Part shown: positions 28,529 to 39,086 of the stretch, piece by piece
Layout of the letters: every line of letters begins with the position of its first letter
Numbering within the stretch: the stretch's first letter is position 1
NCBI GenBank assembly: GCA_965248195.1
Contig: CBDFIQ010000001.1
Location: forward strand, 672,001-736,000
Origin: Longimicrobiales bacterium
GTDB lineage: Bacteria; Gemmatimonadota; Gemmatimonadetes; Longimicrobiales; Gaopeijiaceae
Direction of reading: 5' to 3'
DNA: 64,000 bases
Made by a program: the position numbers and the translations under genes
Notes under the pieces: generated by a model
Told to the model about the DNA's origin: nothing
Seen by the model: only the letters and a program-made list of their open reading frames with translations
Database searches by the model: none

Positions 28529-30814
28529 CTACCCCCCAAGCACGTTGAACTGCCGGGTATACTTCAGGATCACCGAGCGACCGAGGGGACCGTCGAGTTG
28601 GTCGATCCCCTGGATATCATTGTAGACGATGAATAATCCCGTCCCCGCCGTGTTCAGCCATCCGAAGCGCAGGTTCGCCGAGAGACGATCGATCTGATCG
28701 CTGTACTGGATGAGCGATTGAAGATAGATCCGCGACGTGAAGAAATACCCCAAGTTCACGCCCACGAGGGTCGTCTCGAAGTCACCCTCGGGAAGGTCGA
28801 TATCGTTGTAGTCCAGGGTGACAGACGACGTGAACGCCGCCCCGCTCCTCAAAGTGACCCCGACCCTGGCGTTCCAAAGATTGCCAGACAAGAAACTCCC
28901 AGCGGTGACCGCGCTGTTCAGCGAAAAATCGGCTGAGCGATTCGTGTTGAAGACGAGTTGGCCTTCCCACCCGTCGTACGTTCCGGGAGGCACCACCACG
29001 TCCGTGCCGCTGATCTCGAAGGGCTCGAAAAGCCCCTCCCGAACCCAGTTGGCGGTCGTGAAGACCACCATTCCGTCGGGCCATTCCCAGTGGGTATCGA
29101 GGTGGAGGCGACTCGACTCCTCGAATCCCTTTGCGACCCCGGTCCGCCGACTCCGAAACGTATCGAAAGACACGTGGGGGCGGATCTCCCTCAGGAACCC
29201 GCCGGGCCGAACGAATCGCTGGACACGCGTCGAGTAAGACCGGTATCCGTCCCGCGGGACAAAGCCCACTTCGGGATTGAAGTTTTCCCCGATTTCACGT
29301 ATGCCAGCGCTCGCGTCCCAACTTCGACTGGCCCATGCCGCGTTGGCATCGTAGGCGAGCTCGTCACCCGACAGCCCCGGCGTCTCCGTCTGTGCAACGA
29401 AGGAGGAGAGCGTCACCGCTTCACCGATCGCGACCCGCGCATCCGCGGCGTAGGTCCTGTTGTAGTCACCGGAGGACTCGCCGTTTCGATCGATGAACAG
29501 GGCTCCAACCCGCGAGCGGTTGGGTAACTCCCGGGCGATACGGGCCACCGAATAGGCATTGTCCGGCTGAATTCCGTCGGCGCCATTGGTCTGGATGTGG
29601 AGAAGACCGACGTTGAAGCCACCGGCCCTACCGGACAGGCGTGCTCCACCCCTGATCGGGACCTGCTCGCCGTCCGCGATCCCGATGTTTCGGCTGAAGA
29701 AAAGATCCGCACCCCTCCCACCCACGGTGAAAAACCCCGCATTCTCCAAGAAGAAGGGTCTCTTTTCTGGGAAGAGAAGCGAGAACCGTGTGAGATTCAC
29801 CTGCTGGTTGTCCACCTCGACCTGGGCGAAGTCGGTGTTCGCGGTCACATCGAAAGTCAGACCCTGCGTCACCTGGATCTTGGCCTCGCCACCGAAATCC
29901 GCCTGTTCGTTGAACGACGTCTCACCCCCCTCGTAATTCCGCGCTGTCGAGGTCAGGGCGTACGGCGTCACGGTGGCCAAGCGCCGGAAGGGGGGCGTAA
30001 GTCCCTCGAGATCGCCGGCATAGTTCAAGCGGTAGAGATTGAACTCCCGGGGCACGGGAGACCAGAAGGACTCCTCGTTCAGCCGTCGGATCCGGCGGGC
30101 TACGTTGAAACCCCAGGACGGGCTGTCCGTCCCGTAGCGCAGCGTATTGAAGGGAATGCGGAACTCGGCGTACCACCCCTCTCCGTCGAGAGAGGTCGCC
30201 ACCGTCCAGCTCCCGTCCCAATTCTTGTTGAACCCGCCGCCCGACCCGGACTGGAAACGACGTTGGCCACCTCCCCCGCCGCCGCCACCGCCGCCGCTTC
30301 CGAAACGTCCCCCACCCCGACCCTCGTTGGCGACTTGGCCGTCGTACTCGATGCCGGCAGGCGTCGTGCCGAACACGAATCCGTTTTGTTCGTCTTTGTA
30401 GGTGTCGAAGATGAGGATCACGTTATCGCTCTGCTCGACCTGGTAGTCCCGGATGCGCTCCCCTGGGACGATGGCATCGGGCCGGCTGTCGAACGCCCAG
30501 ACCCCCACGTAGAGAGCCTCATCGTCGAAGACGACCCTGACCGCGGTGCGTTCCGACGCGGGCTGCCCGTCCTGGGGCTCCCGCTGCGTGAAGCTGGTCA
30601 TCGGTACTGCACGCTGCCACGCCGCATCGTCGAGGCGGCCGTCGATCACCGGCGGACTCGAAATCCCGGCCGCAACGGCCACTCCAATCGGGAGGGTGGT
30701 GGTGGCGCCAGCTCCGGCGGAGCCGGGGTTTTCCTGCGCGGTGAGGGTGGAAGCCATACAGACGGCTAGGAGCCCGGCCATTGAGAAGCGTATCGTCATC
30801 AGCGAGTCAGTCAT
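28529..30814 (-). CDS. CBM9-like + DUF5916 outer-membrane protein
   Basis: Signal peptide, PVIDGRLDD, NWDGSW, WYAEFRIPF, NTDFAQVEVD, FPEKRPFFLE, barrel-like C-terminus. Confidence 0.85.
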   Translation of the reverse strand: MTDSLMTIRFSMAGLLAVCMASTLTAQENPGSAGAGATTTLPIGVAVAAGISSPPVIDGRLDDAAWQRAVPMTSFTQREPQDGQPASERTAVRVVFDDEALYVGVWAFDSRPDAIVPGERIRDYQVEQSDNVILIFDTYKDEQNGFVFGTTPAGIEYDGQVANEGRGGGRFGSGGGGGGGGGGQRRFQSGSGGGFNKNWDGSWTVATSLDGEGWYAEFRIPFNTLRYGTDSPSWGFNVARRIRRLNEESFWSPVPREFNLYRLNYAGDLEGLTPPFRRLATVTPYALTSTARNYEGGETSFNEQADFGGEAKIQVTQGLTFDVTANTDFAQVEVDNQQVNLTRFSLLFPEKRPFFLENAGFFTVGGRGADLFFSRNIGIADGEQVPIRGGARLSGRAGGFNVGLLHIQTNGADGIQPDNAYSVARIARELPNRSRVGALFIDRNGESSGDYNRTYAADARVAIGEAVTLSSFVAQTETPGLSGDELAYDANAAWASRSWDASAGIREIGENFNPEVGFVPRDGYRSYSTRVQRFVRPGGFLREIRPHVSFDTFRSRRTGVAKGFEESSRLHLDTHWEWPDGMVVFTTANWVREGLFEPFEISGTDVVVPPGTYDGWEGQLVFNTNRSADFSLNSAVTAGSFLSGNLWNARVGVTLRSGAAFTSSVTLDYNDIDLPEGDFETTLVGVNLGYFFTSRIYLQSLIQYSDQIDRLSANLRFGWLNTAGTGLFIVYNDIQGIDQLDGPLGRSVILKYTRQFNVLGG

Positions 30815-30828
30815 TCAGGGGAAATAAC

Positions 30829-30862
30829 GGAACGAGCTAAGAAGATGGAACGAGCTAAGAAG
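30829..30862. repeat. 18-bp-period tandem duplication (ggaacgagctaagaag x2)
   Basis: Directly visible just upstream of the DUF5916 gene start. Confidence 0.8.
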
Positions 30863-31015
30863 GTAGCCAAATGAAGACGAAGACGCGTCGGGGGCCGGTC
30901 GACCCGTCGCTCGCTCCTGCGCAGTCAAACCGCAGCAGCGAAGTGGCCACCGCACTCAGCGTCGGTTAAACTTGATTAAGGAGATATAGGGTCCAACCCA
31001 TCGTCCGGCTCAACT

Positions 31016-32308
31016 ATGCGATTTGCGACCTACACTAAATATCGAGGCGGCTGGCTCGATGCCCTGAACCTCGAGGGCCTCATGGAATCCCTCTCGGATT
31101 TTTTCATGAACGGAGGCTTTGCGGGCGGGCCCAACTACCATCCCTACTGGGGATGGTCGGGACTCGAGGACACGAGTTCGGTGGACGCTCTGAAGAGCGC
31201 CCTCCTCAAGGCGCTGGTCGAGAGTGGTCAACTCACGCAAGAAATGGTCGAGGAGCTACGTGGCGAGGGTCAGGGAGACGAAGCAGTTCAGCAGCAGATC
31301 GCCGACCTCCTGGACGAGCTGATCCAACGCATGGTCGAGGAGGGTTATCTGACGTTGGAGCAGGGGGCACCGACCATGCCCGGAGCCGTCCAGGACGTCA
31401 CTGGAATGGGCGAGATCGACGAGGCCAAGGAGGCTGCCCAGACGGTGAAATTCAACCTCACCCAGAAGGGCACGGACTTCCTTGGGTACGGGGCCCTCAA
31501 GAGCCTTCTCTCGGCGATCGGAACATCCAGTCTCGGCTCTCACGAAACGCCCCACCTGGCGACCGGTATCGAGGCCGACGCGACGAGCAAGCCCTACGAG
31601 TTCGGTGACACGCTGAACCTCGACGTTCCCGCAACGCTCAAAAACGCCATCGAGCGGGAGGGACTCGGTGTTCCGCTGAACATCGACTATGAGGACCTCA
31701 TGGTGCACCAGACAGAGTACCGGTCCTCATGCGCCACGGTGCTGATGCTCGACATCTCGCATTCGATGATCCTATACGGGGAGGATCGCTTCACTCCGGC
31801 CAAGCGCGTTGCGCTGGCTCTCTCCCACCTCATCCGCACGCGCTTCCCGGGAGACTCCCTCCACGTCGTCACGTTCGGAGATCAAGCGGAGGAGATCCCC
31901 CTGAGCCAGTTGGCGAAAGCTCAGGTGGGGCCCTTCCACACGAATACGGCGGAGGGACTGCTCCTAGCGCGAAACATTCTGAAGGCGCAGAAGAAGGACA
32001 TGCGTCAGATCATCATGATCACGGACGGAAAGCCGTCTGCGATCACCCTGCCCGACGGGCTGATCTACAAGAACTCCGGGGGCATGGACCAACACATCCT
32101 GCAGCAGACGTTCCGAGAGGTGTCCGCCTGTAGGCGCACCGGTATCCTGATCAACACCTTCATGCTGGCGCAGGATCCGTATCTCGTGCAGTTCGTCCAG
32201 AAAGTCTCGGAGATCGCGAGAGGCAAGGCCTACTTCACGTCGACCCAGACGCTCGGTCAGTACATCATGATGGACTTCATGCGGCGCAAGCGGCGGAAGA
32301 TCGCCTAG
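31016..32308 (+). CDS. VWA domain protein
   Basis: MIDAS motif DISHSM, HTNT, MITDGKPS, YEFGD; typical partner of the AAA ATPase at 25800. Confidence 0.88.
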   Translation: MRFATYTKYRGGWLDALNLEGLMESLSDFFMNGGFAGGPNYHPYWGWSGLEDTSSVDALKSALLKALVESGQLTQEMVEELRGEGQGDEAVQQQIADLLDELIQRMVEEGYLTLEQGAPTMPGAVQDVTGMGEIDEAKEAAQTVKFNLTQKGTDFLGYGALKSLLSAIGTSSLGSHETPHLATGIEADATSKPYEFGDTLNLDVPATLKNAIEREGLGVPLNIDYEDLMVHQTEYRSSCATVLMLDISHSMILYGEDRFTPAKRVALALSHLIRTRFPGDSLHVVTFGDQAEEIPLSQLAKAQVGPFHTNTAEGLLLARNILKAQKKDMRQIIMITDGKPSAITLPDGLIYKNSGGMDQHILQQTFREVSACRRTGILINTFMLAQDPYLVQFVQKVSEIARGKAYFTSTQTLGQYIMMDFMRRKRRKIA

Positions 32309-32360
32309 CCCGTAGCCCGTAGCCCAGGGTTGGGGGGCCGATGAACCGCAAATCCGCCGA

Positions 32361-33743
32361 ATGGGAGCGCACGATGGGATGGTGTGCAGGGTGACCCGCT
32401 CGAGAGGAGATCTCTCGCGGAGGTCGTTCCTGGCGGGGCTCACGGGCACGGCAGCCTTGGGGCTCCCGCAATACGCACCCGGCGGCCAAGTCGTCCCGAC
32501 CCTCTCGCTCCCCCCTTTCCTTGCCAGACCGACCACCGAGTCGATTCTGGTGAGCGTTCGCAACGGCTCAGTGGACGCCACGGCACAGCTCGAGATCAAG
32601 GCGTCTCTCGGGCCAACGGTGTGGAGTTCGGCCGGAGCGGATCGAGAGGCTCTGGCCGGGGAGTTCGTCACCTGGGTCATCGGCGACTTGGCGGCCGGCA
32701 CCGCTTATGAGTACCGGGTCCTCATGGCCGCGTTCGGAGAGGATCTCACATCGGTCGCCGCAGGCCGCTTCACCACCCAACGCGTGGGTGAGGTGGCGTT
32801 CACGGCGGCTCTCACGGCGGATCCGCATACCGGATCCTTTCCCGACGGAAGCAGCCCGGTCAGAGTACTCGACGACGTCGTCCGTAATGTCCAGAGGGAC
32901 GGGCCAGACTTCGTGATCGCCCTGGGAGACAACGTCGCGTGGGGTACTTCGCGGGACTATCCACAGTATGATGACTCTGGTGCGAGGTTGGCGTACACGA
33001 TGTACCGACGTCACATGGCCCCGCTCTCGGTTTCGTGCCCCCACTTCGGCCTGATCGGGAACTGGGAAGGTGAGTCCGGGAAAGTCCCCGCCGAGAACGC
33101 CGCGCTCGTAGCGAACGTCCGACGACGATTTGCACCCAACCCCGACCACCTCACCTACCAGCAGGGTGGGAGCCCCAATGAAGACTACTACGCGTTCGAC
33201 TGGGGTCCCGCGCTCTTCGTCGTCCTGAATGTCCAGTCGTACTCGGCGCCGTCGGGGCCGCGGTCATCGCCGATGGACGACGTCGCGCTCATGGGGGATT
33301 GGACGCTCGGCGCAACTCAGTTCTCGTGGCTCGAGGGCGTGCTGGCCGCCTCCGATCACCCATTCAAGTTCGTGTGCATCCATCACCCGGTCGGGGGCAA
33401 CGCGGCCACCCACTTCGAAACGCTGTACGGTCGAGGCGGGCCGAGGGCGGCCACGGTGGGTGAACAGCGCCTGGTGCATGAGATGATGCGCGAATTTGGG
33501 GTCCAGATCTTCTTCTACGGGCACGATCACGTCTTCCTGGACGAGGTCGTGGACGGCATCCATTACGCGCTCCCCGGCAGCTGTGGAGCTCCCTGGAAGT
33601 TCGGGCGCGAGATCACGGGGTATCGAAGGTACTGGCCGGATTCGGGACACGGCCGCCTCACCGTACGACCCGAGCAGGCGACGGTCCAGTTCGTGAATCA
33701 GGCGGGACAGGTGATCCACCAGTTCGCCGTCGAGCCCGTGTGA
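32361..33743 (+). CDS. Tat-exported metallophosphoesterase (purple acid phosphatase-like) with an FN3-like domain
   Basis: SRRSFL Tat motif; DPH, GDN, GNWE, HHP, GHDH. Confidence 0.82.
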   Translation: MGAHDGMVCRVTRSRGDLSRRSFLAGLTGTAALGLPQYAPGGQVVPTLSLPPFLARPTTESILVSVRNGSVDATAQLEIKASLGPTVWSSAGADREALAGEFVTWVIGDLAAGTAYEYRVLMAAFGEDLTSVAAGRFTTQRVGEVAFTAALTADPHTGSFPDGSSPVRVLDDVVRNVQRDGPDFVIALGDNVAWGTSRDYPQYDDSGARLAYTMYRRHMAPLSVSCPHFGLIGNWEGESGKVPAENAALVANVRRRFAPNPDHLTYQQGGSPNEDYYAFDWGPALFVVLNVQSYSAPSGPRSSPMDDVALMGDWTLGATQFSWLEGVLAASDHPFKFVCIHHPVGGNAATHFETLYGRGGPRAATVGEQRLVHEMMREFGVQIFFYGHDHVFLDEVVDGIHYALPGSCGAPWKFGREITGYRRYWPDSGHGRLTVRPEQATVQFVNQAGQVIHQFAVEPV

Positions 33744-33764
33744 AGCCGACGGGGATACAGCGCC

Positions 33765-34602
33765 CTAGATCTTCACTCCCAGCGGCTTTGCCAGCGCGAA
33801 AGCAAAGACCATCGTCAGAATGAAGAACGCGATGATCCAGTGTGTGCGCCAGCCGAACATATTGATCTCGGCGTCCGTGTAGCCGACCCTGATCGCCTCG
33901 GCGTTCGACCCCCGCGGCAATGGGGCTTCCGCCGGGTAGATGAGCTGACCCAGCAGGCTGGACGGGCGGACCGGGGGAGCGGAGCACCGTGGTCCCTGAC
34001 ACCCGCACGGACTTGGTCAGGGTCTCCTCGCCGATGCGCACGACAAGCTCGTACTCACCCGGGCTCTCGGCGGCGATGCGCCAGCCGGCCTCCCTGAGGG
34101 AAGGGATCCACACGAGAGGGGTTTCGAGCCGCACGCCGTCCGGTACTTCAAGCGACACACCGGAAGCGTTGGTCTCTCCCATCTGGTCGGCAGCCTCCTC
34201 GCTCAGTTCCACCTTGACGAGCGCGGTCTGCCCCGGCTCGAGGCTCTCGTAGCCGTACTGGAACTGCAGTTGGCTGACGATGATCACGATCGGCACCATC
34301 ATCCAGAGCATGGGCACCATCGACAGGCGGAAGTACGTTATCGTCTCGCGGAGGATACCGAACTGCGCCGCGAAGATCGTGAGGAGGTCGTCCTTATATA
34401 GTCGAATCTCGTACACGCCGCCGTATATGCGGCGCTTGACCGCATCCAGGGCGTCCTGGTCCGAGACGGCCCGGAATCCGATCAGCATTCCGGCGCTGAC
34501 CAGCAGTGAGATCACGGTGAGACCGACGATCGGTGGCGTGCCCCGGAAGGGGGCCACGACGAGATCGAAGATCCAGCCCAAAGGGCGATTGACGAGCCAC
34601 AT
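33765..34602 (-). CDS. DUF106/Oxa1-superfamily-like membrane protein with a +1 frameshift at G5 (33973-33977)
   Basis: The tracked ORF drifts after TTVLRSP. Removing one base gives PVRPSSLLGQLIYP...GWRTHWIIAFFILTMVFAFALAKPLGVKI ending at the stop at 33765, which also removes the overlap with the convergent gene. Start at ATG 34602. Confidence 0.65.
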
Positions 34603-34618
34603 CAGGAGGGGAGCCACA

Positions 34619-34810
34619 TCAGGAGATGTATCCGAGACCTTGTAGGCGTTTACGGATCTCTTCCTCCGAGTCCGCGTCCTCGAGCAAGAGCAGCTCCTTC
34701 TCGACCGCGTGCGTGATGAACTCCGCGGGTGACGAATAGCCGGCGATCCGCGAGTACTTCTCGATTCGCCTCAAGAGGTCCTTGTCCAGCTTCACCTTGG
34801 AACCGATCAC
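34619..34810 (-). CDS. ribbon-helix-helix (CopG-like) small protein with an RLxxLGY tail
   Basis: KVKLDKDLLRRIEK...GYSSPAEFITHAVEKEL followed by EEEIRKRLQGLGYIS; GAGGAG RBS. Confidence 0.75.
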   Translation of the reverse strand: MIGSKVKLDKDLLRRIEKYSRIAGYSSPAEFITHAVEKELLLLEDADSEEEIRKRLQGLGYIS

Positions 34811-34843
34811 GTCTCCTCCTCGAGTTTGGTCAGTGAGCCCACA

Positions 34844-36849
34844 TCAGCGGTTGGCGCCCGGAGGGTCTTCCGGGTCGGGACCCGCGATCACCGGAAAGCC
34901 GTCGACGCCGAATTCCGCTAGGACGGCGGCCGCGAGTTGCTTCAGAGATCCGGCGGGCACCTTTAACGGCCGGCTCGACACGAGCACACCGGGCACCGTC
35001 TCGTGGTCCATGATATGGTCGCCGCTCCAAGCCCCGGTGTTGTCCGTGAGCACCTCGGCCGGGATCTCGCCCGCCGCTGACTCGCTGGAGCTCCTCACAT
35101 TCTTCGCGTACCCGATGACGAGATCCGGACCCATCTCTGAGTGACCTGAGTCCGTATACGTCTCGTCGCGAGCGTACACTCGAGTGATCGCCACTTCGTC
35201 CGTGGCCGGATCGATCTCTCTCAACAGCCCACGAGTGATCTCTCTCAACAGGACCCCCCGATCGGACGGCGGCACGATCCCGAAGGCCTCCCTGCCCTCC
35301 AGATTCACGTACAGCCCACTCAGACCCAACGCGTACGCCTGGGTACGGGGCCAGTCGACGTTCGTCAGGAACTCCAGATCCCTCCGGTTGCGATCCCGTA
35401 CGGTCAGGTATCCGTTCTGCTCCAGCCAGGTGTTGAGGCTGAAGGAGCGCCGCCAGGAGGTGAAGCCGTGGTCGGACATCACGATGAGCGTTCCGCCCCC
35501 CCCCCCCCCAACTCTTCGAGGCGGTCCAACGTCTGGCCCACGATCTCGTCCGCCTCCATATACAGATCTTCGATCACATCAGCGTACGGTCTGTCTCCAG
35601 CCTCGTCGTAGGCCGGGTGCTCGGGATCCGTCGCCCCCCACATGATGTGTGATACCTGATCCAGAAAACCGAAGTAGTTGAACAGGAACCCGTCCTCGAA
35701 CTCTTCGAGCAACGCGATGTACTGCCGCCGGATCTCCTCGGCGGCCAGCGCGGCCTGGGCCAGGAACTCGTCTTCGTCGAACACTCCGTCGGAGATGGCG
35801 TCCGTGTCTTCGGGGAAGCCCTGCGTGTAGAACCGCCCGCCCTCCGCCAGCTGGGTGGCAAAGTCGTCGGGCGTCGAGATCGGCATCGCCGGATCGAGCG
35901 GATCGAGGTTGACCGGCGTTGCGTAGAGCTGGAACTCCGGTCGGACCTGCTTGAGGTAGAATCGCGCCATCGCACGGAGCTTCTGGAACAGCGGGAGCGG
36001 GTACTCGACCGGAACCCAGTCGCTCCAGTCCCCCTGCTGGAGAATGATCTCCTCGTCACCGATCTCGATCTTCACCACGGGGCGGACCGGATCGAGGTAG
36101 ACCGTGAATTCGGAGCGGAGCTCCTCGAGCTCGACGAGCAGGGGGTTCGGAGGGCCTCTCAGGCTCCCGTTGAAGACGCCGCGGCGGATCTCGGCCCGTT
36201 GGACGTCGCCTCCTGGTGAACCGCCCAGTCGCTCGGGGGCGGTGGTGAACAGGCTGTACGTTCCGTTGCCGCCCAGGATGTCGGGCGTGCCCATCCCGCT
36301 GAGCTCACGGCCCGCCGTGCCCGAGGGCGGGAAGTTGGCCGGTATACGCACAATCGTGGTGGGCACACCCTGCTCCTCGAGCAACTCCCAGAAGGGCACG
36401 CCCTGGCGCAAGAGCACCACCTCGCCGCCACCCAGCGGGATCTCCCAGCGGCCCAGCGTCAAGGTACGCCCGGGTGGCTCGGTGAGCGTGGTCGAGAGGT
36501 AGGGCACCATGGTCTCGGGGTCCCGGTGCAGGAAGTCGAAGATCCCGTGCCCACCGGAATCGAGCCCGGTGATGAAGTCCGACCAGGCCACGGGGCTCTG
36601 CGGGGGGATCGCCGTCTCGAGCGGCGAAAAGGCTCCGCCCTCTGCCATCCGCTGGAGGTTGGGGAGCCGCCCTTCGGAGATCATGCGTCGGGTCAGCTCG
36701 TAGTCCATCCCGTCGAAGCCGAGGACGATCACCTGATGTCCTACCGGCTCGGACCCACCACACGCGCCCGTCAGGCTGGCGATGGCCACGGCGGCTACAG
36801 CCGTCCGCGCTATTCGTCCCAGTCGGGGCGCTTGAGCTCCCCGCCTCAT
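34844..36849 (-). CDS. AlkP-superfamily (type I phosphodiesterase/NPP-like) lipoprotein, split by a frameshift at a G14 run (C14 at 35496-35509)
   Basis: Lipobox LTGAC, GFDG, PPQSPVAWS, GHGIFDF in ORF 35479-37086. ORF 34844-35482 supplies MSDHGF...WSGDH. G12 or G15 would join them as LEELG(n)TLIVMSDHG. Confidence 0.8.
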
Positions 36850-38989
36850 GCGATCGACTCTCGCTCGAAGAGCAACTTGCCGTCCATATGAGGGGGCGGC
36901 TCGACGCCGAAGAGCCAGCACGCGGTGGGCGCGATATCGATCAGAGCCGGATCGTCGCGATCGATGGCCTTGTTGCTGAAGAACACGCCCGGGACGATGC
37001 GAGGGTCGACACAATGATCGCCGCTCCAGGGTTTCACGTTGTCCTCGATTACGGCGCCCGCAACCACACCGGTCGCTCTGTCCCACGAGATCCGGTAACC
37101 CTCCGCGTACCCGATCAGCAGATCAGGCGCGTTCTGGAGGTACGGACCCCCGTAAAGCGCAGAGGGGTCGAACGCCTCTCGGATCGCCAACTCTCCTGTC
37201 TCGTCGTCCCGCATGCCGCTGAGACGATCTATGAGCTCGGCCTTGAGCACGGCGGCCTCCTCGCCCGGCGCGACCGATCCCTGTGCTTCGCGACCCTCGA
37301 TGTTGAGGTAGAGCCCCGTGAGGCCGAGCGCGTAGGCTTTGGTCTCTGCCCAGTCTACCTCGCGTAGCCACTCACCCTCCCCCTTGGCTCCCTCCTTCAG
37401 CTTCAGGTAGCCGTTCTCCTGCAGCCAGGCGTTCAGGTTGACCCCTCGGCGGAACGACGTGAAGCCGTGGTCCGACAGCACGACCAGCATGTCACCCTCC
37501 CGGAGCTGCTCGCGAATCCTGCCCACCATGGCGTCGTTGTGCAGGTAAAGATCCTCGATGGCGTCGGCGTGCTCGCCGCCCGGTCGCCCGTCACCGTTGG
37601 TTTGCGCGGCGCGTGCCGCGGGGTGTCCATCCTCCAGGTAGCGCCAAAACATGTGCTGGATCCGGTCGGTCGCGTCGAACACACAGACCACGGTCCCCTT
37701 GCGCACCCGCTCGAGCGCGGCGAAGAGCATATCCTCCCGCTCCTTGTCGATGTCGTACGTCTGCTGGAGAAACGCGCCGTCGTCGATCACCCCTTCGTTC
37801 AGAGCCCAGGTGTCCTCGGCGAGACCCAGCGTGGAGAACTTCCCGAGCTTCTTCGAGAGGTACGTCGCGTAGTAGGCGGGATGGGAGATCGGCATCGCCG
37901 GGCTGTCGGGATCGAGGTTGATCGGCGTGACATACAGCGAAACGTGCTCGGCCGTCTCCGTGAGCAGCAATCTGCAGATCCCGCGCACCTTGATGCCGGG
38001 TGCGGCCCGGAAGCCCAGATCCACCCAGTCGCTCAGCTCTCCCCGCCGCAGCTCGAGAGCCGTGCCGTCGACCTGGACCTGGGCGCTTTCGGCGTCTCCG
38101 TTCAGCGTGATCGTGACCGGCAGGGTCAACGGAGGCGCTCCCTCGACAAGCTCGTTGTTGGGCCCCTCGAGTTCGGCCTCCAAGCGATCCTCTACGCGTT
38201 TCAAGCGCACGCGTCGACCGCCCTCCTTGAAGCCCGCCTTCGATTCCCGGGTCGTGAGAAGCGTGAACGTGCCCTGCGTCCCGAGAAGGTCCGGGACGCA
38301 CATCGCGCTCAGCTGCGCCCCGTAGAAGCGCTCCGGCGGGAAGGTGATCGGCACTCGCAGAACCGTGCTCCAGATCTGGTGGTCACCCAGGATCGACCAG
38401 AAGGGTCTCGACTTCCTCAGAAGGCGAAGGTCGGGCTTCCCGATGGGAATGTGATAACGACCGATCTTGAGGATTCGGTCGGGAGGGCCGATCCGGGTGG
38501 ACGACAGCAGGGGCAGGTAGGTGCGGCGGTCCCGGTCGAGGAAGTCGTAGATGTTGTGCTTCGCGGGATGTGTGCCGGTGCTGAAGGAGGACCACGCCAC
38601 CGGAGAGACCGAGGGGAAGGTGGACTGAAGCGGATGGTAGCACCCTTCTGCTGCCAAGCGCTGGAAGTTCGGCAGCTTGCCGTCCGCCATGAAACGATCC
38701 GTCAGCTTCGGGTCCTGGCCGTCGAACCCGACGATGATGAGCCGTTTGACCTTCGGCTTCGGTAGGTGGGCACGGCGAAGAAAGCGCAACGCAGCCCTGA
38801 ACGGCCACAGCAGCAGAGAGAACAACGCAATCAGCCCGGTGACGAAGAAGACCAAGAAGGACGTGACGAACACGAACCCCGCGCCGGGTCCCACGTACGC
38901 GGCGAGCGGCGCCGGCGTGGCCGCGAGAAGGAGTCCGAGGATTCCAGTAACGAGCGCTGCGGAAAGGCGCGTGCTATTCTTCCGCCCAT
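36846..38989 (-). CDS. AlkP-superfamily (type I phosphodiesterase/NPP-like) protein with N-terminal signal + YVGPG + TM; start uncertain
   Basis: GFDGQD, PSVSPVAWSSFSTG, KHNIYDF, DRIQHMFW, LSDHGF, WSGDH. The 920-aa track ORF extends upstream over the opposite-strand sulfotransferase. Confidence 0.8.
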
Positions 38990-39086
38990 GACACCTGCCC
39001 TCCCCACACCTGCCCTCCTCAGCCGAACGCACTGACCCATGACCCCTGCCCTCACCTGCCGGACCCACTGACCCAGGCACTGACCC

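Noticed and set aside
30230..30320. Gly-rich run in the DUF5916 protein as a repeat element
   Set aside because: In-frame low-complexity loop with mixed codons and no sign of instability.
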